From: Candidatus Eiseniibacteriota bacterium
GTDB lineage: Bacteria > Eisenbacteria > RBG-16-71-46
Reading direction: 5' to 3'
DNA: 64,000 nt
Assembly: GCA_963717505.1 (NCBI GenBank)
Contig: OY970342.1
Coordinates: 2,400,001 to 2,464,000 of the forward strand
A model generated the notes under the pieces. The model was given only the letters and a program-made list of their open reading frames with translations, had not been told where the DNA came from and ran no database searches. The translations under genes were made by a program, and so were the position numbers. Shown here in pieces: positions 30,280 to 40,398 of this stretch (position 1 is the first letter of the stretch; every line of letters begins with the position of its first letter).

Positions 30280-31455
30280 ATGGACGATCAGCCCATCCGT
30301 CTCACCCTCGTGGATCTCTCGCGCGGCATCGGCCTGGCCGAGCGCTCGCTGTGGGAGCTGGCGACCCGACTGCGCCGCGGGCGCTATGAAGTCCGCGCCT
30401 GGCTTTCGGGATCTTCCGACCTCGACGACCTGGCCTGGGCGTTGAGCGACCAGGACGTCACGGTCGAGCGCTTCGAGACCGATTCCAGCCGCTGGAACTG
30501 GCGGACACCGTTCGGCCAGTGGCTTCAGCTCCGCCGCGAGCGTCCCCGTCTGGTCCACGTGCATCACGCGCCCGGCGCCGGTTCGCTGCGGGTCGCGCGC
30601 CTGGCGTCGGCGGACGGCATTCCGGTGGTGGTCAGCTGCCATGCGGACATTCCGGCCCTGGTCACCGACACGAACGCCAAGCGGGTCTACGAGTGCGCCG
30701 ACCTGGTCACCACCTCGACCCAGGGCGACGCCGAGCAATTGGTTCATGGCTGGGGCGTCGATCGCGCGCGGGTTCGCGCGATTCCCTATGGCGCCGACCT
30801 GCCCGACGACGACTTCGAGCGGCCCGAGGCTCTGGCCTGGCGTGCGCGAATGGGGGCTCGGCCAGTGCGCCCGCTGTGGGTGTGTCCGCTGAGGCTCGAG
30901 CCACGGCGCGGCATCGAAGTCCTGCTCGGCGCACTTGCCGAGCTGCGCGAACGCGGCATCCTGTTCGTCGCGGCATTCTCGGGTTCGGGGCCCGAGCGCA
31001 TGGCGCTCGAGCAGCGCGCCGAGTCCATGGGGCTCGGCGCCGACGTTCGTTTTCTCGAGCCGGTCGAGCCGCAGGGGCCGCTGTTGGCCGCGGCCGACCT
31101 CACGATCTTCCCATCGCTCGACGGGCCGGTGCCGCTGTCGCTGCTCGACGCCCTGGCGCGCGGCCGTCCGGTGGTCGCGACCTCGGTGCCGGCGGTCAAG
31201 GATCTGATTCGCGACGGCGTCGACGGCCGACTCGTGCCCCCGGGCGATGCCGGCGCCCTGGCGGCGACGCTCGAGGACATGCATCGCCGCCCCGATGCCG
31301 CGGGACGCATGGGTGCTGAGGCCGCGTGGCGAGCGCGCGACGAGTTCTCGTGGGGCCGCGTGGTCGAGCAATTCGAGGATTCCTACGACGAAGTCCTCGG
31401 GCTCGCCAGCTTCTCGACGGCGACGCGGTCGCCGGGCCGGCACTCGAACCGCTAG
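30280..31455 (+). CDS. GT4-fold glycosyltransferase (degenerate motifs)
   Basis: GSGPER..LE and ADL.IFPS...LLDALARGRPVVAT...DGVDGRLVPPGD. Confidence 0.8.
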   Translation: MDDQPIRLTLVDLSRGIGLAERSLWELATRLRRGRYEVRAWLSGSSDLDDLAWALSDQDVTVERFETDSSRWNWRTPFGQWLQLRRERPRLVHVHHAPGAGSLRVARLASADGIPVVVSCHADIPALVTDTNAKRVYECADLVTTSTQGDAEQLVHGWGVDRARVRAIPYGADLPDDDFERPEALAWRARMGARPVRPLWVCPLRLEPRRGIEVLLGALAELRERGILFVAAFSGSGPERMALEQRAESMGLGADVRFLEPVEPQGPLLAAADLTIFPSLDGPVPLSLLDALARGRPVVATSVPAVKDLIRDGVDGRLVPPGDAGALAATLEDMHRRPDAAGRMGAEAAWRARDEFSWGRVVEQFEDSYDEVLGLASFSTATRSPGRHSNR

Positions 31456-31466
31456 TATCCGGTCGC

Positions 31467-32519
31467 ATGTCCCAACGATTCGCGCTGGTGCTCGCCGGAG
31501 GGCGCGGCGAGCGATTCTGGCCGTGGAGCACGCCCGCCCGTCCCAAGCAGCTGCTGCCGCTGGCCAAGGGCGGGCGCACGCTGTTGGCCGCCACCCTCGA
31601 TCGAGCGCTGGCGCTGGCGCCGGCCGACCACGTGCTGGTGCTGACCGCGGCCGATCTGGTCGATGCCGTGCGCCGCGAGTGCGGCTCACTCGGCGTCCAG
31701 ATCGTGGGGGAGCCGATGATGCGCAACACCGCGGCCGCGATCGGTGCGGCGGCGGCGTGGTTTTCGGCGCGCGACCCCGGGGCGGTGTTCGCAGTTTTGC
31801 CCGCGGACCATGCCATCGACGACCAGTCTGCCTTCACTGCCGATCTCTCTCGAGCCATGGACGTCGCGTCCAAAGAAGCCGCGTTGCTGACCTTCGGGAT
31901 CAAGCCGACCGGGCCGGACACCAACTTTGGCTATATCCGCACCGGGGACACGTTGGGTGAGAGACTGTTCCGGGTCGCCCAGTTCACCGAGAAACCCAAT
32001 CTCGAGCGGGCGCGGGAGTGGGTTGCGACTGGCCGATACTTCTGGAACAGCGGCATCTTCGTGTGGCGGGCCGGGGTTTTTCTAGAGGCGCTCGATTCCT
32101 CGCGCCCGCTGCTCGCAGGTCCACTGAGGTCGCTGGCGCGCCCGGTGGGGGAGGCCGAGTTTTCTCGGGGGCTCGCCGAGGTCTTCCCAGGATTGGAGTC
32201 GATTTCCGTGGATTATGCCGTGCTCGAGCACGCACCCAACACGCTGATGATCGAGGCCTCGTTCGACTGGGACGATCTCGGCTCGTGGAGCGCCTGGGCC
32301 CGCCGGCAGCCGCGCGACGAGCGTGGCAACGTGGTCTACGGTCAGGCGCTGGCGGTCGAGTGTGACCGCTGCGTCGTGGTCGGCGACGGCGGACTCGCAG
32401 CGGCATTCGGGCTTGCAGATATGGTCGTCGTCCACGTGAATGGCTCGACCCTGACTTGCAAGACTTCCGACAGCGACCAGGTGCGCAAGGTCAGCGAAGC
32501 CGTACGGAGGCGTTCATGA
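31467..32519 (+). CDS. manC: Mannose-1-phosphate guanylyltransferase
   Basis: LAGGRGERFWP, PKQLL, EP..RNTA, PADH, FGYI, FTEKP, WNSGIF, SVDYAVLE and WDDLGSW. Confidence 0.92.
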   Translation: MSQRFALVLAGGRGERFWPWSTPARPKQLLPLAKGGRTLLAATLDRALALAPADHVLVLTAADLVDAVRRECGSLGVQIVGEPMMRNTAAAIGAAAAWFSARDPGAVFAVLPADHAIDDQSAFTADLSRAMDVASKEAALLTFGIKPTGPDTNFGYIRTGDTLGERLFRVAQFTEKPNLERAREWVATGRYFWNSGIFVWRAGVFLEALDSSRPLLAGPLRSLARPVGEAEFSRGLAEVFPGLESISVDYAVLEHAPNTLMIEASFDWDDLGSWSAWARRQPRDERGNVVYGQALAVECDRCVVVGDGGLAAAFGLADMVVVHVNGSTLTCKTSDSDQVRKVSEAVRRRS

Positions 32520-33295
32520 CGATTCGCGGCGGGTGCGACCGGTCGCGCGAACGACGCATCCCCGGCGCGATCCTGGTCACGCTGGTCGGCGCGATGCTCT
32601 CGCTTGCCGCGTGCGCGCCAATGGCGCCGCAGGCGCCACCAAAGACCCAGCCGGGAGCACCGGCGCCCGGTACGGCGCAGAAGCCGCCGGCGACCACGCC
32701 CACGCGCGCGGCCGTCGACAGCACGCCGTCGGCCGATGCGCTCGCCGTGCTCGGCACGATTCCCGAGCCGCTCGCGGCGGGTGAACGCGTGCCGCCGCCG
32801 GATGTTCCGGTGCCGTCGGGAACTTCGGTCGCCCCTTCTGTAGGCGGGGGCGCCGACGCGGGATCGGGCGACGTCCCTGTCCCGGCCACCGTGCCGGTGT
32901 TGGGCGAGCGGACGAATCCAGCCCTCGATGCCGCGACCGACTCGACGGGCGCCGACAGCGCCGCGGCGCGCACGGTTCCTCCGTCGAGTTCTGCCGCCGG
33001 CTCGTCAGCGTCGGGCTCGCCGCCCGCCTCGTCCGGCGCGCCGCCCAAGCCCGCGGCGACATCGGGGCCCTGTTGGCGGGTTCAATTCGCAGCACCCACC
33101 GATCGCGACGAAGCCGAAGGGCGCCGCAAGGCCGCCGAGTCCCTGTTGCTGGTCCCGATCGTGATCGAGACCGAGCGCGGGCTCCACAAGGTGCGTACCC
33201 GCGACTGCTATCCGCGCGATGCCGCCGACCGCTTGCGCGAGCGCGCGGTGCAGTCGGGTTTCGACGGCGCGTTCCCGCTCGGGGTCCCGAAGTGA
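32516..33295 (+). CDS. SPOR-domain lipoprotein with Pro/Ala-rich linker
   Basis: Lipobox LAAC; C-terminal WRVQFAA...HKVR...GFDGAF. Confidence 0.7.
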   Translation: MTIRGGCDRSRERRIPGAILVTLVGAMLSLAACAPMAPQAPPKTQPGAPAPGTAQKPPATTPTRAAVDSTPSADALAVLGTIPEPLAAGERVPPPDVPVPSGTSVAPSVGGGADAGSGDVPVPATVPVLGERTNPALDAATDSTGADSAAARTVPPSSSAAGSSASGSPPASSGAPPKPAATSGPCWRVQFAAPTDRDEAEGRRKAAESLLLVPIVIETERGLHKVRTRDCYPRDAADRLRERAVQSGFDGAFPLGVPK

Positions 33296-34530
33296 GCACC
33301 GCGCTGGTCGTCTTCGAGGACTCGAACTGGCGCGACCTGCGTCCCCTGACCGACGTGCTCCCGGTCCCGGCACTGGCGTTCGGCGCCGGCACGCTGGTTC
33401 AGCGCTGGCGGCGGACGGCGAAGCTGCCGTTGTTCGGGGTCACCGCGCGGCCCGATGCGCTCGCGGCCTGGGATGCGCCGGCCCCCGATCCCCAGGCCGC
33501 CTCGTGCGATCAGATCGTCTCGGTGAATGCGGCGGCACTTCCGGGCCCATGGTTCGACAAGGTGCTCAACGCTCGCCAGCCGGCCCGCTTCGTCGCGGGC
33601 GACGTTCTGGTCGCGGTGCGCATGCCGGCCCAGATGCTGCGGGGCAAGTCGGCCGACGGGTCGAGCGACCTGCCGGAGATCCAGGTCGACGCCAAGCGTC
33701 TCGAGTTCCCCTGGGACTTCGTGGCTGGGAATGCGCGTGCGATCGAGGAGGACCTGACCTTCCTGGCGCCGGCCCGCGAGGGCGAGATCCACCCGCGCGC
33801 CACCCTGATCGTTCCCGAGCGAGTCGCTGTGCGCAGCGGCGCCATCATCGACCCGTACGCGATTCTGGACGCGCGCGGCGGGGCGATCCTGGTCGACGAG
33901 GGGGCGCGCATCCTGCCGCATACCGTGGTGATCGGCCCGTGCGTCGTGGGCGCCAGGACCGAGCTCCTGGGCGGCGTGATCGCGCGCTCGACTTTCGGCC
34001 CCGACTGCCGAATCGCCGGTGAGGTCGAGGACAGCGTGTGGCAGGGCTACGCGAACAAGCGCCATCACGGCTTCGTCGGCCACAGCGTGATCGGCGAGTG
34101 GGTCAACCTCGGGGCGCTGACCACGACCAGCGATCTCAAGAACAACTACGGCAACGTGCGGGTCTGGGTCGACGGCAGCGAGCGCGACACGGGTTCGCCC
34201 AAGGTCGGCTCGTTTCTCGGCGCCCACGTCAAAACCGGCATCGGCACGCTGTTTCCGACCGGCGCCAACGTGGGCGTGGGGTCGAACCTGTTCGGCGGCG
34301 GCCGATTCACGCCCAAGGTTGTACCGCCGTTCTCGTGGTGGGACGGCGAGCGGCTCGAAGATCATCGGATCGACGCATTCATTGCGACCGCGCGCATTGC
34401 CATGGATCGGCGCCGGCGTGCCCTGTCGTCGGCCCAGGAGAACCAACTGAAGGCACTGTTCATCTGGACGGCGGCGGAACGCCGGACCGACCCTCTGGCC
34501 GCAACTGCACATCCGTTCCGCCGGTCTTGA
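33292..34530 (+). CDS. Putative sugar-nucleotidyltransferase / GlmU-like with left-handed beta-helix (FCB type)
   Basis: LRPLT; GEVEDS...NKRHHGFVGHSVIGEWVNLGA.TTTSDLKNNYG; KTGIGT. Confidence 0.85.
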   Translation: MSTALVVFEDSNWRDLRPLTDVLPVPALAFGAGTLVQRWRRTAKLPLFGVTARPDALAAWDAPAPDPQAASCDQIVSVNAAALPGPWFDKVLNARQPARFVAGDVLVAVRMPAQMLRGKSADGSSDLPEIQVDAKRLEFPWDFVAGNARAIEEDLTFLAPAREGEIHPRATLIVPERVAVRSGAIIDPYAILDARGGAILVDEGARILPHTVVIGPCVVGARTELLGGVIARSTFGPDCRIAGEVEDSVWQGYANKRHHGFVGHSVIGEWVNLGALTTTSDLKNNYGNVRVWVDGSERDTGSPKVGSFLGAHVKTGIGTLFPTGANVGVGSNLFGGGRFTPKVVPPFSWWDGERLEDHRIDAFIATARIAMDRRRRALSSAQENQLKALFIWTAAERRTDPLAATAHPFRRS

Positions 34531-34622
34531 CCCCCGTCCGACCGACTTCATAGACTCCTACGTTCCCCGTGGGCCGCCGCGGGTTCCCTGGCCCGCGATC
34601 CGAATCCCGCCCGAGGGCATTG

Positions 34623-35633
34623 ATGCCGGAACTGAGGAAGGACCCCGTGGTGGGTCGCTGGGTCATCATCTCGACCGAGCGCAGCCGGCGCCCCACGCAC
34701 TTCACCGCCCCGGCTCACGGCAAGACCGCCTACGCCTGCCCGTTCTGCCCCGGGAGCGAGGACCGCACCCCGCCCGAGGTCTACGCCTACCGGCCCGGCC
34801 ACGAAGCCCCGAACTCGCCCGGCTGGCAGGTGCGCGTGGTGCCCAACAAGTTCCCGGCACTTCAGATCGAGGGCTCGCTCGAGCGCCGCGGCGAGGGGCT
34901 CTACGACAAGATGAACGGCATCGGCGCCCATGAAGTAGTGATCGAGGGCCCGGAGCACGAGCAGGACCTGGCCGACCTCTCGGTCGAGCACCTGCACCAG
35001 GTGCTGCGCGCCTACCGCGAGCGACTGATCGACCTGCACCGCGACCGGCGCTTCCGTTACGTACTGGTGTTCAAGAATCACGGTGCCCAGGCCGGCGCCA
35101 CCCTCGAGCACACCCACACCCAGCTGATCGCGACCCCGATCATTCCGCTGTCGATCCAGGAGGAGCTGAACGGGGCGCTGCGCTACTACGAACTCAAAGA
35201 GCGCTGCGTGTTCTGCGACATCATCGACCAGGAGACCTCGACCGAGAACGGACGGCGCGTGGTGTCGCAGAGCGACGGCTTCGTGGTGATCGAGCCGTTC
35301 GCGCCGCGGTTCCCGTTCGAGACCTGGATCCTGCCGCGCCAGCACGACGACAGCTTCCAGCAGGTCGAGTCCGAGGACGAGTTCCTCGACCTGGCGGGGG
35401 TGCTCAAGGACACGCTGCAGCGGCTGAACCGCGCACTCGATCGGCCGCCGTTCAATTTCGTGATCCACACCGCGCCGATTCGCGAGGGGAAGCTCGAGCA
35501 CTACCACTGGCACATCGAGATCATGCCCACGCTAACCCGGGTCGCCGGGTTCGAGATCGGATCCGGCTTCCACATCAATCCGACGCCCCCCGAGGACGCC
35601 GCGCAGTACCTGAGGGAAATCGCCGTCGATTGA
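34623..35633 (+). CDS. galT: Galactose-1-phosphate uridylyltransferase (GalT/HIT family)
   Basis: ELRKDP, CPFCPG, RVVPNKFPAL, FKNHG..AGATLEHTHTQ and HWHIEI. Confidence 0.9.
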   Translation: MPELRKDPVVGRWVIISTERSRRPTHFTAPAHGKTAYACPFCPGSEDRTPPEVYAYRPGHEAPNSPGWQVRVVPNKFPALQIEGSLERRGEGLYDKMNGIGAHEVVIEGPEHEQDLADLSVEHLHQVLRAYRERLIDLHRDRRFRYVLVFKNHGAQAGATLEHTHTQLIATPIIPLSIQEELNGALRYYELKERCVFCDIIDQETSTENGRRVVSQSDGFVVIEPFAPRFPFETWILPRQHDDSFQQVESEDEFLDLAGVLKDTLQRLNRALDRPPFNFVIHTAPIREGKLEHYHWHIEIMPTLTRVAGFEIGSGFHINPTPPEDAAQYLREIAVD

Positions 35634-35678
35634 GGTCGAGGGCGCGCCGTCTCGCGCCGATCCCTGCGGCGAGGAAAG

Positions 35679-37238
35679 ATGAGCAACCGATTGCGGATCG
35701 TCCATGTCGCGAGCGAGATGGCCCCCCTGGTCAAGGTCGGCGGCCTGGGGGATATGGTTGCAGCACTGGCCGGCGAGCAGGCCCGGCGCGGACATCGCGT
35801 GGTCGTGGCGCTGCCCGGGTACTCGACCCTGGCGACGCCGCCGGACGCCGAACGCGGCGTGGTCGCGCGCTGCCGGGTGCCGTGGGGGATGAGCACCGAG
35901 CCCGCGCGGCTCGAGCTGATCCGCCTGGCGGTGCCGGGCGCCGAGGGCGATGGCGCCTCGGGCGGATCGCTGCAGGTCCTCACCGTCCATCACGAGGGCG
36001 ACCGCCGCTTCTTCGACCGCCCCGGCATCTACGACGACCCGCGCACTGGCGAGGGCTACCCCGACAACGCCGAGCGCTTCCTGTTCTTCTGTCGCGCGGC
36101 GATCGAGGGGCTGGCCCGGCTGGGAGAAGGCTTCGACATCGTTCACGCCCACGACCATCAGGCCGCCTGGGTGCCGTGCTTCCTGCGTACGCACGAAACC
36201 TACGAGCTGCCGTTCGACGGCACGGCCAGCGTGTTCACCATCCACAATCTCGGCTACCAGGGGATCTACGAGCCGTTCGTCCTGGCGCTCGCCGGCTTCG
36301 GCAGCGAGGTGTTCTACGCCACCGGCCCGTTCGAGTTCTTCGGGCGGGTGAACTACATGAAGGTCGGCCTCGGCTTCGCCGACCTGCTCTCGACCGTGAG
36401 CCCCCGATACGCCAAGGAGATCCAGAGCAGCGCCGAAATGGGCTTCGGCCTCGAGGGCGTGCTCGCCCGGCGCAAAGCCGACCTGCGCGGCATCCTGAAC
36501 GGCATCGACACCACCGTGTGGAATCCGGCGACCGATCCCGAGCTGGTGGCCAACTACGACGTGAGCCGATTGGACGACAAGGTGAAGGTGCGCGCGGCGC
36601 TGGCCCAGGAGTGCGGTTTCCCCGCCGATTCGCTGCCGCTGATCGGCATGGTCTCGCGCCTCGCGGAGCAGAAGGGCTTCGACCTGATGGAGCAGGCCCG
36701 CGCCGATCTGCTCAAGCTCGAAGCCCGCTTCGTGATCCTCGGCTCGGGCTCACCGCGCTACGTCGAGCTGATCCGCGACCTGGTGGCCGAGCGGCCAGAC
36801 CGCTTCTATTACCGGCACGGCCACGACGAGCCCTTCGCCCACCGGATCGAGGGCGGGAGCGATCTCTTCTTCATGCCGTCGCGCTACGAGCCGTGCGGGC
36901 TGAACCAGATGTACAGCATGCACTACGGCACGGTGCCCGTGGTGCGCGAGACGGGGGGCCTGGCCGACACGGTGGCCGAATTCGACCCGGTGTCCCGCAC
37001 CGGGACCGGCTTCCTGTTCCACCGCTTCGACGCCGCCGAAATGATCGGCGCCCTGCGCCGCGCGATCGCCATGCATCGCCAGGGCGCGATGTGGCGGCGC
37101 ATCCAGGAAAACGGCATGCGCCAGGACTTCTCGTGGCGGCGCAGCGCCGACGCCTACGACGCGCTCTACGCCGAGGCCCGCGCCCGCGTCGCGCGTGGCG
37201 AACTGCGCACGATCGAGCGGGTGCGGGCCACGATCTAG
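35679..37238 (+). CDS. glgA: Glycogen synthase
   Basis: KVGGLGD, AHDHQ, FTIHNLGYQG, GILNGID, QKGFD, PSRYEPCGLNQ and TGGLADTV. Confidence 0.95.
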   Translation: MSNRLRIVHVASEMAPLVKVGGLGDMVAALAGEQARRGHRVVVALPGYSTLATPPDAERGVVARCRVPWGMSTEPARLELIRLAVPGAEGDGASGGSLQVLTVHHEGDRRFFDRPGIYDDPRTGEGYPDNAERFLFFCRAAIEGLARLGEGFDIVHAHDHQAAWVPCFLRTHETYELPFDGTASVFTIHNLGYQGIYEPFVLALAGFGSEVFYATGPFEFFGRVNYMKVGLGFADLLSTVSPRYAKEIQSSAEMGFGLEGVLARRKADLRGILNGIDTTVWNPATDPELVANYDVSRLDDKVKVRAALAQECGFPADSLPLIGMVSRLAEQKGFDLMEQARADLLKLEARFVILGSGSPRYVELIRDLVAERPDRFYYRHGHDEPFAHRIEGGSDLFFMPSRYEPCGLNQMYSMHYGTVPVVRETGGLADTVAEFDPVSRTGTGFLFHRFDAAEMIGALRRAIAMHRQGAMWRRIQENGMRQDFSWRRSADAYDALYAEARARVARGELRTIERVRATI

Positions 37239-37244
37239 CGTCGC

Positions 37245-38804
37245 CTACTGCTTCCCGCCGGTCTGCAGCGCCTCGAGCGCCTGGTCGATCGAGAAGCTGC
37301 CGGGCCTCTGGCTGGGTGGGAACTCCTTGAAGGTGGACAGGAACTGGGCGACGTACGCCTGGGCGGGGTAGAGCAGGAAGACGTGCTCGACGCGCCAGCG
37401 TTCGTAGTCCATGCCTTCGTGGTCGGCGGTCTCGAACGGATCCGAACGCAGGTTGAAGAGCTTGGGCAGGCGCAGCGGCACGAACGGCTCCTCCCACACC
37501 TCCATCCCATGCGCGCGCTGCTCCGCGAACACGACCTTCCATTGGTCGTAGCGCAGCCCGACCAGCGAGCCATCGTCGTTGAAATAGAAGAACTCCCGGC
37601 GCGGGCTCGGCTGCTTGCCGGCGAGTGCTTGGGTCAGGTCGTACCCATCGAGGTGGACCTTGAACGTCTTGGCGCCGGCCTTGTGGCCCTTCAGCAGTTT
37701 TCCCTTGATGTCCGGGACGCCGGCCGCGGCGAGCAACGTCGGCAGCATGTCCTCGTGGGCGAAGATGTCGTTGAGCACGGTGCCAGGCTGGGTCACCCCC
37801 GGCCAGCGGATGGCGCACGGCACGCGATAGCCGCCTTCCCAGTTGGTGTTCTTCTCGCCGCGGAACGGCGACTGCCCACCGTCGGGCCAGGTGAACTTCT
37901 CGGCGCCGTTGTCGGTCGAATACATCACGATCGTGTTCTCGGCGAGTCCCAGCTCGTCGAGGGCCGCGAGCACCTCGCCGACCAGCGCGTCGTGCTCGAC
38001 CATGCCGTCGGGGTAGATGCCGAGGCCGGTCTTGCCTTGGCTCTCGGCCTTGAGCCGGGTCCAGACGTGCATGCGGGTCGAGTTCCACCACAGGAAGAAC
38101 GGCTGGTCCGCGTCTTTGGCTTCGCGCATGAAGCGGATCGCCTCGCGCGTGAACTCCTCGTCGATCGTCTCCATGCGCTTCTTGGTCAGCGGCCCGGTGC
38201 TCTCGATGCGCTGCGGACCCTTGGCGTTGGCCCACGAGTGGATCACTCCGCGAGTGCCATACCGCTTTCGCATCTCGGGGTCCTTGAAGTAGTCCGGATG
38301 CTCCGGCTCGTCCTCGGCGTTCAGGTGGTAGAGCGAGCCGAAGAACTCATCGAATCCGTGCGCGGTCGGCAGGTGCTCGTCGCGGTCGCCGAGGTGATTC
38401 TTGCCGAACTGGCCGGTCCGGTAGCCCTGGGCCTTGAGCAGCTCGGCGATGGTCACGTCGCGCGCCATCAGCCCTTCCTTGGCGCCCGGCATGCCGACCT
38501 TGAGCATTCCGGTGCGGAATCCGACCTGGCCGGTGATGAAGCTCGCGCGCCCGGCGGTGCAGCTCTGTTGCCCGTACCAGTCGGTGAACAGGACGCCCTC
38601 TTTGGCGATGCGGTCGATGTTCGGCGTCTTGTAGCCCATCATCCCCTGGTTGTAGGCGCTGACGTTCCAGAAGCCGATGTCGTCGCCCCAGATGATCAGG
38701 ATGTTGGGCTTGTCCGCGGCGTGCGCAGAAACCGCGCCGATGAGTGACGTTGCCGCGAGTGTGGCGAGCAAAACCGCTGCGGCGATGGCTGATCGTTGTT
38801 TCAT
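37245..38804 (-). CDS. Exported formylglycine-dependent (S1) arylsulfatase
   Basis: Signal peptide; KPNIL..GDD; SCTAGRAS; GKNHLG; TDNG; WEGGYRVP. Confidence 0.92.
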   Translation of the reverse strand: MKQRSAIAAAVLLATLAATSLIGAVSAHAADKPNILIIWGDDIGFWNVSAYNQGMMGYKTPNIDRIAKEGVLFTDWYGQQSCTAGRASFITGQVGFRTGMLKVGMPGAKEGLMARDVTIAELLKAQGYRTGQFGKNHLGDRDEHLPTAHGFDEFFGSLYHLNAEDEPEHPDYFKDPEMRKRYGTRGVIHSWANAKGPQRIESTGPLTKKRMETIDEEFTREAIRFMREAKDADQPFFLWWNSTRMHVWTRLKAESQGKTGLGIYPDGMVEHDALVGEVLAALDELGLAENTIVMYSTDNGAEKFTWPDGGQSPFRGEKNTNWEGGYRVPCAIRWPGVTQPGTVLNDIFAHEDMLPTLLAAAGVPDIKGKLLKGHKAGAKTFKVHLDGYDLTQALAGKQPSPRREFFYFNDDGSLVGLRYDQWKVVFAEQRAHGMEVWEEPFVPLRLPKLFNLRSDPFETADHEGMDYERWRVEHVFLLYPAQAYVAQFLSTFKEFPPSQRPGSFSIDQALEALQTGGKQ

Positions 38805-38920
38805 GGGCGCCTTTCGACGACTCGTGCAGGGGGCACACGGCGATTCCGCCGCGGCGCTGCTCGACCGGAGTTCCGGCAGTGTACATCGCGGCGAGTAGAA
38901 AGCTGCGACTCGCAGTCGAT

Positions 38921-40174
38921 CTACGCTGGTGAGGTCGGCGCCGCCAGGAACGCCTCGTGGAGTGCCCGCACCGCGTCGTCGGTGCGTTCGCCCGCGACGC
39001 GGAACACCAGTGCCGTCGGCGTGACCCTGAGCGCGATCACCGTGATGCCGGCGCGCTCCAGTGCCTCTTCGGCGCGCGCCGCCTCGGCGCCGCCCAGCCC
39101 CAGCCCGACCAGCGAAACGAACCCGCAGCCGTGTTGAACGTCGAGGCGCCATTCCATGCCCGGCCCGCGCAGTTCGTTGAAGCGGGCTTTGAGCGTCTCG
39201 GCATCCTCACGGTTGCCCACCCACACCAGGGCGTGATGAGCGCCACCTTCCTGCTCGTGCGCGACCAGGTCCATCTCGGGCAGCGCGCTGGCGACCGAGG
39301 CGATGATCGACCGGGCCTCGCCGCGCCCCCCGGCGTTGCCTTCGGCGATCGCGATCGAAGCGTCGGCCTGGTGTGCAATGGCGGTGATGGTCGGGGCTTC
39401 GATGGGCTCCATGGATCCTCCGGATTCGTGGGCGCCGCCGGCGCCGTTGGTGACGCGCGTGCCTTCGTGTTCTTCGAACGACGAGCGAACGACCACCGGC
39501 ACGCCGTGGCGCGCGGCGAGATCGACCGAGCGCGCGTGCAGCACGCGGCCGCCCAGGTGCGCGATGGTCGAGCACAGTCGATAGGACAGGCGTGGGACGA
39601 CGCGAGCCGAGGAAACCAGTCGCGGATCGGCGGTCATCACCCCGCGCACGTCGGTCAGGATCTCGCAGGACGAGGCTCCGAGTGCGGCGGCCAGGGCGAC
39701 CGCGGTCGTGTCCGAGCCGCCGCGTCCCAGGGTCGTGATCTCGCGGGTCGTGGGGTTCACGCCCTGAAATCCAGCGACGATCACCACCCGGCGCCGGTCC
39801 AGCTCGGCGCGGATCCGGTCGGGCCGGATGTCGGTGATGCGCGCGGTGCGATGGTGGTCCGAGGTCAGGATGCCGCTCTGCGATCCGGTGAACGAGATCG
39901 CGGCGGTTCCGAGATCCTGAAGGGCCATCGCCAGCAGCGACATCGACACGCGCTCGCCAACGGTCAGCAGCATGTCCAACTCGCGGCCGCTCGGGACGCG
40001 AGCGACTTTGTGAGCGAGTGCCAGCAGCTCATCGGTGGTCTGTCCCATGGCCGAAACCACGACCACCAGGTCGTGACCGGCGCGGCGGGCGGCGGCGATC
40101 CGTTCGGCCACCGCGCGCAATCGCTCGGGGCCGGCCACCGAAGTGCCGCCGTACTTCTGGACGATGAGGGCCAT
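38921..40174 (-). CDS. lysC: Aspartate kinase with divergent ACT region
   Basis: [36 protein letters not shown] and TADPR. Confidence 0.88.
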   Translation of the reverse strand: MALIVQKYGGTSVAGPERLRAVAERIAAARRAGHDLVVVVSAMGQTTDELLALAHKVARVPSGRELDMLLTVGERVSMSLLAMALQDLGTAAISFTGSQSGILTSDHHRTARITDIRPDRIRAELDRRRVVIVAGFQGVNPTTREITTLGRGGSDTTAVALAAALGASSCEILTDVRGVMTADPRLVSSARVVPRLSYRLCSTIAHLGGRVLHARSVDLAARHGVPVVVRSSFEEHEGTRVTNGAGGAHESGGSMEPIEAPTITAIAHQADASIAIAEGNAGGRGEARSIIASVASALPEMDLVAHEQEGGAHHALVWVGNREDAETLKARFNELRGPGMEWRLDVQHGCGFVSLVGLGLGGAEAARAEEALERAGITVIALRVTPTALVFRVAGERTDDAVRALHEAFLAAPTSPA

Positions 40175-40242
40175 CGGCAGGAGTTATAAGGGGTTGGCTC
40201 CGGAGGGGAAAGCAGGCTATATTTCCCGCCGCCAAGTTTCGG

Positions 40243-40319
40243 GCGGAAGTAGCTCAGCCCGGTAGAGCTCCACCTTGCCAAGGTGGTTGTCGCGGGTTCA
40301 AATCCCGTCTTCCGCTCCA
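40243..40319 (+). tRNA. tRNA-Gly(GCC)
   Basis: GCGGAAG/CTTCCGC acceptor stem, CCACC-TTGCCAA-GGTGG anticodon arm, GGTTCAAATC T-loop, encoded CCA. Confidence 0.96.
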
Positions 40320-40328
40320 TTTTCCGCG

Positions 40329-40357
40329 ACGGGGCCGGCCTACAGCCGGCCCCGTTC
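40329..40357 (+). terminator. Hairpin after tRNA
   Basis: ACGGGGCCGGC-CTACA-GCCGGCCCCGT. Confidence 0.55.
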
Positions 40358-40398
40358 GTCACTTGTGCCCCTGGCGGGCCAGCGATCTGGAGGTCCTC

